From Candidatus Dormiibacterota bacterium (lineage in GTDB: Bacteria > Chloroflexota > Dormibacteria > Aeolococcales > Aeolococcaceae), in assembly GCA_963717185.1 (NCBI GenBank), contig CAVQVY010000038.1, forward strand, positions 103,798-167,797: a DNA stretch of 64,000 bases. The letters are read 5' to 3'. Made by a program: the position numbers and the translations under genes. How positions within the stretch are numbered: position 1 is the stretch's first letter; each line of letters begins with the position of its first letter. Positions 45,256-53,344 of the stretch are shown piece after piece. The notes beneath the pieces were generated by a model. It saw nothing but the letters and a program-made list of their open reading frames with translations. It did no database searches and was not told where the DNA came from.

Positions 45256-46262
45256 ATGACAGCGAACGGCAGTCCCCGCCAACGTCACCCAGTTCGCCGG
45301 TTCGCGGCAGTGGCGTTCGTGGTGCTGCTCGCCGTGCTCTCGGCGACCGGCGCGACCGGCCTCCTGCCCGCAGGTGGCGACGTCGCCGTGGGCGGCCCGC
45401 TCGCTGTGCATCCCGCGACCGGCGCCGGCGCATCCACCGACCAGCTACCGGACGATGCGCTGCCCCCTCCGGGGTTGCGCAGCCGCTGACGGTCTCGGTT
45501 CCCGCCGGTCCTCACCTCACCGTTCCCATCCTCTACTACCACTACATCCGTCTCATCCAGCCGTCGGCGCAGAACCTGCTCAGCTTCGACCTCTCCATCT
45601 CGCCCGCGATGTTCGCGGAGCAGATGGCGCTGCTCCATGTCGAGGGTGCGCATCCCATCACCCTGGCGACGTTGATGGAGGCGCTCGCGGGCAGGCGCGC
45701 GCTGCCGTCCCGCCCCGTCATCCTCACCTTCGACGATGGGTACGCCGACTTCGCGACCGCCGCGGAGCCGGTGCTCTCGCGCTACGGCTTCGTGGCGACC
45801 GACTTCGTGGTCAGCGGCTTCATCAACAGGCCACGCTACATGTCGGCTGCTCAGGTGCTGCAGATGGAGGCGGACGGCATGGTGATCGGCTCGCACACCG
45901 TGCACCACGTCGACCTCGCGTCTGTTCCGCCGGCAACCGCGTGGACTGAGATCGCCGATGGAAAGAGCGCGCTGGAGAAGCTGCTCGGGCACCAGGTGCC
46001 GGACTTCGCCTACCCGTACGGCGCCGTCAACGCGGCCGTCGCGCAGCTGGTGCAACAGGCGGGCTTCCGCGACGCCGTGACCACCGCGAGCGGGGATCAG
46101 CAGACGCTCTCCGGGCGTTTCGAGCTGCACCGCATCGAGATGGGGGGCGCCCCCAGCCTGGCCACCTTTGCCCAGGACGCCGGCGTCCCACCACCGACGG
46201 AGGTCCAGTTCGCGGTCATCGCGTTCCTCGTCCACCAGCAGCTGCTGGCGCGTACCGCGTGA
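45256..46262 (+). CDS. polysaccharide deacetylase (NodB/CE4 domain) with N-terminal membrane anchor (one frame change near 45480)
   Basis: Signal anchor RRFAAVAFVVLLAVLSATGA is in ORF 45256-45489. The NodB domain (VILTFDDGYADF...HTVHHVDL...AYPYG) is in ORF 45144-46262. Confidence 0.7.
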
Positions 46263-46389
46263 GCCCCGGCTTTCAGCTGGGGACGGGCCGCTCGGGGGCG
46301 CCGCGCGCATAGCCGCTGCAGCGCAGCACCGGGAGCGCGGGTAGCGGGGAAACCTCTGGTCTGACTCCGACAGCCGGCACATCCAGAAC

Positions 46390-46427
46390 TGTGAGCGTGC
46401 CCCGCGGATCACGCGGGCATGCTCACA
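46390..46427. terminator. long GC-rich hairpin between convergent genes (candidate bidirectional terminator, no U-tract)
   Basis: TGTGAGCGTGCCCCGCG-GATCA-CGCGGGCATGCTCACA, a roughly 16-bp stem with one bulge and a 5-nt loop. It lies between the deacetylase stop (46262) and the HAD hydrolase stop (46423). Confidence 0.35.
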
Positions 46428-47241
46428 GCTCGCGCAGAGCCCGGGCGGTGTTGCGGACATGGCCATGGGCGCGGCGCACCGCCGGGCCTGAAACAGAGGC
46501 GAACCGCCGCGGCAACCGGCGCAGCCCAGCCGCGCTCGGCCGAATCGCCGTGCGCTGGAAGCGCTCGACCGGCCAGCCGAGGCTGCGCGCGTGGGCGGTC
46601 AGACGGCGATCGCCGTTGACGCAGACCGGGTGTCCAACGGCCTCGAGCATCGGCAGGTCGCTGGCGAAGCTGTCGCCGTAGGCGTAGGACTGGGCGAGGT
46701 CGACGTTGTTGGCGGCGGCCAGCTCGCGAACCGCGTCCGCCTTGCCGGCGCCGTGGCAGAGGCGGAGGATGCGGCCGGTGTACCTCCCATCGCGCAGCTC
46801 CGCGTCCGTGCCGGCCACGCCGTCGACGCCGAGGACCGAACCGAGCACGGTGATGAACTCCCGCGGCGACGAGGACACCAGGAAGACCAGGTCGCCGCGC
46901 TCGCGGTGCCAGTCGATGCGCGCTCGAGCCTCGGCGTAGACGCGCGGCAGCACGTGCACCGGGATCACGTCGCCGGCGAAGCGCAGCAGCCGCTCGGACT
47001 CGACACCGGCCACCAGTGCCCCGGCGCCACGCACCGCGTCGCGGATCTGCACCTCGTCGAAGCCGTACAGGCTGAAGCGGGCCTGGACGACAAGCGACCG
47101 CAGCATCGCTCGCGTCGGCATCAGGCCCGCGCGGCGCATCGGCCGGGCCACGTGCAGCAACGAGGAGCCGCGCAGCAGGGTGCGGTCGACGTCGAAGAAC
47201 GCGGCTGCGCGACGGGTGGGCTGGTCCTGCTCGGCTACCAT
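46423..47241 (-). CDS. HAD-superfamily hydrolase, subfamily IB (SerB/phosphoserine phosphatase-like)
   Basis: From MVAEQDQPT. Motif I FFDVDRTLL, motif II VSSSP, motif IV GDSFASDLPMLE. The upstream part of the 368-aa ORF is out-of-gene. Confidence 0.7.
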   Translation of the reverse strand: MVAEQDQPTRRAAAFFDVDRTLLRGSSLLHVARPMRRAGLMPTRAMLRSLVVQARFSLYGFDEVQIRDAVRGAGALVAGVESERLLRFAGDVIPVHVLPRVYAEARARIDWHRERGDLVFLVSSSPREFITVLGSVLGVDGVAGTDAELRDGRYTGRILRLCHGAGKADAVRELAAANNVDLAQSYAYGDSFASDLPMLEAVGHPVCVNGDRRLTAHARSLGWPVERFQRTAIRPSAAGLRRLPRRFASVSGPAVRRAHGHVRNTARALREL

Positions 47242-48172
47242 GCGCGAAATGTCCAGGGTTGCGAGCCGCGGCGCGGTCTCTGCGCCGTCCAGTGTACGGG
47301 CCACCGCTGCTGAACTGCTTTCACGCGCAGAGCAGCGCATCGGCAGGTCGCGCAACATCGAGCACTGGCAAGCCGGTCTGGCTCGCTGGGATGCTGAGGT
47401 GCTGCTCGCGCACGTGCTCGACGTGGACCCCGAGAGCGACGGCGTGCGGCGATCGATGACGGTGTCGCCGTCGCAGCGACGGCGATTCGACGCGCTCGTC
47501 GAGCGCCGTCTCACCGGCGAACCGGTCAACTACATCACCGGTCACTTCCGCTTCCATGGGCTCGACCTGGTGGTGCGCCATGGCGTGTTCTCGCCACGAG
47601 CCTCCAGCGAGCTGATGGTGGACCTGGCCACGACACGGTTGCGCCGCCGTCGCGGACGTCGCGTGGCTGTCGATGTGGCCACCGGCGCGGGCGCGGTGGC
47701 CCTGGCGGTCGCGTCGGACAACCCGGGCAGTGAGGTCTGGGGCGTCGACATCTCAGCGGACGCCGCGCGGCTGGGCCGGCTCAACGCCAGGCGCCTGCAC
47801 ATCGACAACGCGCGCTTCGCAACCGGCGACATGCTCGCGGCCCTGCCGCGCGGTCTGCGCGGGGAGGTGCAGGTGTTCACCATCCATCCTCCCTACGTCG
47901 CACGCGAGGAGGTGCGCACCCTGCCCGTCGAGATTCGGCGGTTCGAGCCGCGACACACGCTGACTGATGGGTCCGACGACGGGCTCGGGCTGGTCCGCCG
48001 CCTCGCCGACGACGCACCCGCCTGGCTGCGTCCCGGTGGCTTCGTGCTCGTCGAGATCGCGCCCTACCTCGCGCGTGCCACCGCCACCGTGCTGCGGCGT
48101 GGCGGTTTCCGCGATGTCCGCTCACATCGCGACAGCCTCGGCGTCACGCGCATCGTCGTCGGCCGGTTGTGA
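47240..48172 (+). CDS. prmC: protein-(glutamine-N5) methyltransferase, release-factor-specific (HemK/PrmC family)
   Basis: From ATG 47240 (MREMSRVAS...). Carries EVLLAHVL, GEPVNYITGHFRFHG, the SAM motif VDVATGAGAVALA and IHPPY (an NPPY variant). Confidence 0.7.
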   Translation: MREMSRVASRGAVSAPSSVRATAAELLSRAEQRIGRSRNIEHWQAGLARWDAEVLLAHVLDVDPESDGVRRSMTVSPSQRRRFDALVERRLTGEPVNYITGHFRFHGLDLVVRHGVFSPRASSELMVDLATTRLRRRRGRRVAVDVATGAGAVALAVASDNPGSEVWGVDISADAARLGRLNARRLHIDNARFATGDMLAALPRGLRGEVQVFTIHPPYVAREEVRTLPVEIRRFEPRHTLTDGSDDGLGLVRRLADDAPAWLRPGGFVLVEIAPYLARATATVLRRGGFRDVRSHRDSLGVTRIVVGRL

Positions 48173-49229
48173 CCGAGGCCGTCACCCCGGCGCTGGGCCC
48201 GCCGTGGCGGCGCCCGATGCGCGGCCGGCTCGACGAGCTGGTCGATCGACAGCGTGGCGTTGCGCGGCAACCCGCTGGGTGACCCGAGCGCACGACCGCT
48301 GTGGGTCTACTCGCCACCGCGCGACGACGTGCGCGCCGCAGCTGCCGGTGATCTATCTCATCCAGGGCTTCAGCGGGCAGGTGGACATGTGGCGCAACCG
48401 CAGCCCGCGGCCAGCTCACCGCGATGGAGCTCATCGACGAGCTGTTCAGCGATCCCGGCGGTGCCGCCATGCCGGGTCGCGATGGTCGACTGCTGGACGT
48501 CGCTCGGGGGCAGCCAGTACCTCAACTCGCCCGCCACCGGCCGCTACCACACGTACCTCTGCGAGGACGTGGTGCGCTTCGTGGACGCGCACTATCCGCA
48601 CGCTGGCGCATCGGGACCACCGTGCCATCACCGGCAAGTCGAGCGGCGGCTACGGCGCCATGATCACGCCGATGCTGCGTCCCGACGTGTTCGGGGCCCT
48701 CGGCACGCACGCCGGCGACGCGCTCTTCGAGCTGTGTTACTGGCGGGACGTGCCCGAGGTGGTGCGCGCGCTTGCGCGACAGCAGTACGAGGGCTCGTAC
48801 CAGAGGCTTCTTCGACGACGTCGCGCTCCCGGCTGCCCGCGCCCAGGAAGGATGACGGCATGCTGTCGCAACATGTGGGCGATGGCCGCTGCGTACTCGG
48901 CGGATGACGACGGCACCGTCCAGCCTTCCATTCGACACATCGACGGGCCAGATGATCCCGGAGGTGTGGGAGAGGTGGCTGGCGTGGGACCCGGTGCGCA
49001 TGGTGCCCGGACACGCCGACGCGCTGCGGTCGCTGAGCGCATCTACATCGACGCGGGCACACGCGACGAGTGGTTCCTCGACCTCGGTGCGGTGGCCTTC
49101 CGTGACGCGCTGGCCGGCATCGGTGTGACCGACGTGCAGTTCGAGCTCTTCGACGCCGGCCACATGTCCATCGACTATCGCTACCCGATGGCGATGCGCT
49201 ACCTGGCTGAGCGGATCGGCGCCGCCTGA
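48169..49229 (+). pseudogene. esterase (putative-esterase/esterase-D family), frame interrupted at least 6 times
   Basis: GTG 48169 overlaps the prmC stop. Homology islands hop among ORFs 48254-48907 (ALRGNPLGDPSARPLWVYSPP; GGSQYLNSPATGRYHTYLCEDVVRFVDAHYP), 47967-49229 (VIYLIQGFSGQVDMW; ITGKSSGGYGAMITPMLRPDVFGALGTHAGD; RIYIDAGTRDEWFLDLGAVAF...), 48424-48663 and 48904-49128. Confidence 0.6.
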
Positions 49230-49780
49230 GCTTCAGCGGCGCGCCGGCGCGCCCGTCTCCACCGGCGCCGGCTGTTCACGCGCCACGCACAGGCCGGCTC
49301 GGTAGGCGCACCACCGCGGGGGTGACCTCCGTGTCAGGCGGCGGCGGCAGCTCGGCGAGGCACCCCGCGCCCGCGCCGGTCGTCGGGGCCGTCGTCCTGG
49401 TCGCGTTCGTCGGAGCTGGCCGCGGTCAGGTAGAAGGCGGAGAGCGAGCCGAGGAACAACGGAGAGCACGAGTGCCATCGGCAGGGTCAGGGCGAGGTCA
49501 ACCTGGCCCTGGATGCCGATGAAAGCCAGGACCAGCGAAGGTCACGACCAGGGTGGCCGCGGGCACGACCCACACCCAGAGCGTGCGGCCCTCGCGGTCC
49601 GCCCCGAGCTTGCGCTCGAGCTTCCTCAGCGCCGGGGGAAGCCAACCGAACAGCCCACGGTCCTGTCGCTCCATCTGACCATCGTACGCGTGTGCTCCCG
49701 GCGACGAGAGCGCTCTTGACAGGGCCCCGGCCGTTCCACACGCTCGCGGTCTGAAACGTTCCCTTCCTGTCCGGCCGACG

Positions 49781-51376
49781 GTGGCAGCAGTGGACGCCGG
49801 CGGCGTGAATCGCCGGCAGTTCCTCAGGTACGTGGGCCGCGCGTCGCTCGCCGTGGCAGCGCTGGCTGTGCCCGGTTGCTCGACGGTGATGCGGTCGGTC
49901 ACCGGCAGCCCGTCTCGCACCACGACCTCCCCGCCGAACCGCGTGCCCCCCACCGACGCCGACTGGGCCGCGCTCGCCGGCCAGGTCGGCGGCAACGTCG
50001 TGCGTCCCGGCGATGCGATGTACGGACAGGCGGCGCGCCTGTTCAACCCGTACTTCGACGGCGACGCGAAGCCGCTCGGCGTCGTCTACTGCGCGTCGGC
50101 CGCGGACGTGCAGCGCACCATCGCCTTCGCGCGCACCCACGGTGTGCCGATGACCCCGCGCAGCGGCGGTCACAGCTATGGCGGGTACTCGGTCAGCGAC
50201 GGCGTCGTCTGTGACGTCACCCCGATGGCCGGTGTCGCGGTCAACCGTGACGGCACCGCGACCGTCGGCGCGGGCGCGCGGCTCATCGACGTGTACGCCG
50301 GGCTGGCGCAGCACGGGGTCGCCCTGCCCGCGGGCTCGTGTCCCACCGTCGGCTTCGCGGGCCTCGCCCTCGGTGGCGGCGTGGGTGTGATGGGTCGCAA
50401 GTTCGGGCTCACCTCCGACAACATCGTGGGCCTCCAGGTCGTGACCGCGGCGGGAGACCTGCTGACATGCGACGCGTCCACCAACAGCGACCTCTTCTGG
50501 GCCTGTCGTGGCGGCGGGGGCGGGAATTTCGGCGTGGCCACGTCGTTCACCGTGTCGACCCACCCGGTGTCCGCACTCGTCCTCTTCCAGCTGGCGTGGC
50601 CGTGGTCAGCAGCTGCCAACGTCGTGGCCGGGTGGCAGAGCTGGATCACCACCATCCCGGACGAGCTCTGGTCCAACTGCCACCTCCTGTCCACCGGGAT
50701 GCCGGGGCCGCCGTCGGTCACCGTGGGTGGCGCCTACGTCGGGGCTCAGGCCGCGCTGACCCCGTGGCTTGCCACCCTGCGGCAGGTGGTCGGCCTCGCC
50801 CCGACCAGCACGTCGGTCGGCACCCACGGCTACCTCGACGGGATGCTGGTGGAAGCCGGCTGTGGCGGGCAGAGCACCGCCTCCTGCCACCTGGCCCCGC
50901 AGGGCACGGTCCAGCGCGAGGCGGCGGTGGGACGGTCGGACCTGGTGCTGCAGGCGCTCGGCGCCGAGGCCATCGACACGCTCATCCAGGGCGTCGCAGG
51001 CCGCCAGGCCAACCCGGCCGCAACCACAGTGGCCGGCGTCGCTTTCGACTCCTTCGGCGGCGCCATCAACCGCGTTGCTGCCGACGCGACGGCGTTCGTA
51101 CACCGTGACGCGCTGTTCGGAACGCAGTACAACGCCACGTGGCCCACGGGCGCGTCGCCGGCGATCGTGCAGAGCAACGTCGACGGTCTCGACAACCTCT
51201 ACACCGCGATGCGACCGTACGCGAGCGGCTTCGCGTACCAGAACTACATCGATCCCAGGCTCGCGGACTGGGAGCACGCGTACTACGGCGCCAACCTGCC
51301 GCGCCTGAAGCAGGTCAAGGCGAAGTTCGACCCCGACGGCTTCTTCCAGTTCGCGCAGAGCATCCCCGCGGGGTGA
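49781..51376 (+). CDS. Tat-secreted FAD-linked oxidoreductase, BBE/VAO (FAD_binding_4 + berberine-bridge) family
   Basis: 531 aa, intact. Tat motif RRQFLRYVG; FAD-PCMH region RSGGHSYGGYS (His attachment site) and CPTVGFAGLALGGG; BBE-like C-terminus YQNYID...PDGFF. Confidence 0.8.
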   Translation: MAAVDAGGVNRRQFLRYVGRASLAVAALAVPGCSTVMRSVTGSPSRTTTSPPNRVPPTDADWAALAGQVGGNVVRPGDAMYGQAARLFNPYFDGDAKPLGVVYCASAADVQRTIAFARTHGVPMTPRSGGHSYGGYSVSDGVVCDVTPMAGVAVNRDGTATVGAGARLIDVYAGLAQHGVALPAGSCPTVGFAGLALGGGVGVMGRKFGLTSDNIVGLQVVTAAGDLLTCDASTNSDLFWACRGGGGGNFGVATSFTVSTHPVSALVLFQLAWPWSAAANVVAGWQSWITTIPDELWSNCHLLSTGMPGPPSVTVGGAYVGAQAALTPWLATLRQVVGLAPTSTSVGTHGYLDGMLVEAGCGGQSTASCHLAPQGTVQREAAVGRSDLVLQALGAEAIDTLIQGVAGRQANPAATTVAGVAFDSFGGAINRVAADATAFVHRDALFGTQYNATWPTGASPAIVQSNVDGLDNLYTAMRPYASGFAYQNYIDPRLADWEHAYYGANLPRLKQVKAKFDPDGFFQFAQSIPAG

Positions 51377-51389
51377 TGCAGCCGCGCGC

Positions 51390-52241
51390 TCAGTCGAAGA
51401 TCTCGGGGCTGTCCTTGCTGATCCGCTCGAAGATCGGCTGGAACTGGAACCAGCCGGCCAGGTCGAAACCCAGCTGGCCGCGGGTCTGCAGGGCTTCGTC
51501 GTGGCCGATCTGGCGCGGCTTGCTGCCGGCACCGGCGGCTGCCGAGTACGCCATCAGCTGCGACTGCGAGGTGCGCTCGAGGGTGAGGAACCACCACGCG
51601 GCACTGTCCACGCTGCCTCCGACGGTGAGCATGCCGTGGTTGCGCAGGATGACCGCCTTGTGGTCGCCCAGGGCCTCACCGATGCGCCGGCCCTCGGCGG
51701 CGTCGAGCACCACCCCGGTGTAAGTGTCGTAGACGCCGACGTCGTCGTAGAACGCGCAGGCGTCCTGGGTCAGCGGCTCCACGGTCAATTCCAGCGACGA
51801 CAGCGTCTTCCCGTACGGACCGTGCGCGTGTGCCGCGGCGATGATGTCGGGACGGGCGGCGTGCACAGCGCAGTGGATGGCGACCGCGGCGCCGTTGACC
51901 GCGCGGTTGCCCTCGACCACCTCACCATCGTGGGACACGCGCACGAGGTCGCTCTGGCGGATCAGGCTGAAGTGCATCCCGAACGGGTTGACCCAGTAGC
52001 TGTGGGGCTCAGCCGGGTCGCGCACGGTGATGTGCCCGGCAACGCCCTCGTCCATGCCCGCGCGGCTGAACATCCGGAACGCTGCCGCCAGGCGCACCTT
52101 GCGGTCGTAGCGCTCGTCGTCGACGTTGTCGAAGGTCGGAGGCTGCGGCAGGAACAACTCCCTGCCGGCGACCGCCTTGGCGGCCAGATCGTCCATCTCG
52201 GACTCCCACGGGTTGGCCGCCTGGCCGTTCGTGATAGTCAT
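51390..52241 (-). CDS. class II aldolase/adducin-family protein
   Basis: From MTITNGQ. Zinc-ligand motifs GHITVRDP, HCAVH and NHGMLTVGGSVD. Confidence 0.75.
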   Translation of the reverse strand: MTITNGQAANPWESEMDDLAAKAVAGRELFLPQPPTFDNVDDERYDRKVRLAAAFRMFSRAGMDEGVAGHITVRDPAEPHSYWVNPFGMHFSLIRQSDLVRVSHDGEVVEGNRAVNGAAVAIHCAVHAARPDIIAAAHAHGPYGKTLSSLELTVEPLTQDACAFYDDVGVYDTYTGVVLDAAEGRRIGEALGDHKAVILRNHGMLTVGGSVDSAAWWFLTLERTSQSQLMAYSAAAGAGSKPRQIGHDEALQTRGQLGFDLAGWFQFQPIFERISKDSPEIFD

Positions 52242-52276
52242 TTCGCACCCTCCCCGCAACCTGGCGGTTGATCGAC

Positions 52277-52351
52277 TGGAGCCGACGGTCAGGATTGAAC
52301 TGACGACCTACCGCTTACGAGGCGGTTGCTCTACCACTGAGCTACGTCGGC
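52277..52351 (-). tRNA. tRNA-Thr (anticodon CGT)
   Basis: rc gives GCCGACG-TA-GCTC-AGTGGTA-GAGC-A-ACCGC-CTCGTAA-GCGGT-AGGTC-GTCAG-TTCAATC-CTGAC-CGTCGGC-T-CCA. It is 75 nt with an encoded CCA. Confidence 0.8.
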
Positions 52352-52398
52352 GCGCGGCCCGGCGTCGCGCCGAACCGCACCTATGGTACCGGCGCCGG

Positions 52399-53300
52399 CT
52401 AGGGAAGCCCGGCGTGCGGGACGTCGACCTCGGTGGCGATCAGCACCGCCTCGCGGGACTCTTTGCGGTTGTTCTCGAAGTAGTCGGGCGAGCAGCAGAG
52501 CAGCAGGGTGCGGCCCGTCTCGCCGCCGAGCGCGCAGGCGAAGACGCCGAGGCCGCCTGGCGGCCGCACCTCATCGACGATCTCACCTCCTCGGGCCACC
52601 CGGATGCAGCGACCGCCGAGGCCGTCGGCGGCCCAGATGTGCTCTTCCGCATCGAGCGTGCAGCCGTCGGGGGCGACCCGGAGCTGCTCGAACGTGGTCA
52701 TCGCATCGCCGAGCGCGACCTCCGGACCCAGCTGCGCCCAGACTTCGCGATCAACCAGGGAGCCGTCCGGCGCGATGGTGAACGAGGTGTAGCGGTTGGC
52801 CAGGGTCTCGCCGACGACCAGGGTGGCGCCGTCGTCGGTGATCACTGTGCCGTTCGGGAAGATGAGCCCCTCCGCGGCGACGGTGACGCCACCGTCGGGG
52901 TCGACGCGCTTCAGCGACGTCGTCGACGGGGTGTCGAACGCGTAGAGGTCGAAGCCAAAGTCGCCCACCAGGCGCGACCCTGGCTGTCCACCACCATGTC
53001 GTTGAGCAGACCGGTGCACACGTCGGACAGGTCGGCGTGGACGGTCACCGCGCCGTGGGGGTCGCGGCGGAGCAGCCGGTGGTCGCGCATCGACGCCACC
53101 AGCAGCGAGCCGTCGGGCATCCAGCCGAGCCCGGATGGCTGGCCCTCGACGGCGAGCACCTCTGTCTCCTCGCCCTGCGGTGAGACGGTGAACACCGCGT
53201 GGCGGTACATGTCGGACACCCACCAGCTGCCGTCGCGCCAGCGCGGCCCTTCGAAGAAGGCGCCGCCCTCGACCAGGGTGCTGAACGCGCGATCGGCCAC
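52399..53300 (-). CDS. SMP-30/gluconolactonase/LRE-like (SGL) beta-propeller protein (one frame change near 52950)
   Basis: The N-terminus is in ORF 52911-53300 (FEGPRWRDGSWWVSDMY...). The rest is in ORF 52399-53223 (FPNGTVITDDGATLVVGET...). Confidence 0.65.
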
Positions 53301-53344
53301 GCCCGGACTGTAGCGGGCGGAGGCTCCGCTACCCTTGCCCTGCG

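Noticed and set aside
52259-52400. Riboswitch or ncRNA around the tRNA-Thr gene
   Set aside because: The conserved-looking structure is fully explained by the tRNA cloverleaf. The flanks are too short and unstructured to call anything else.
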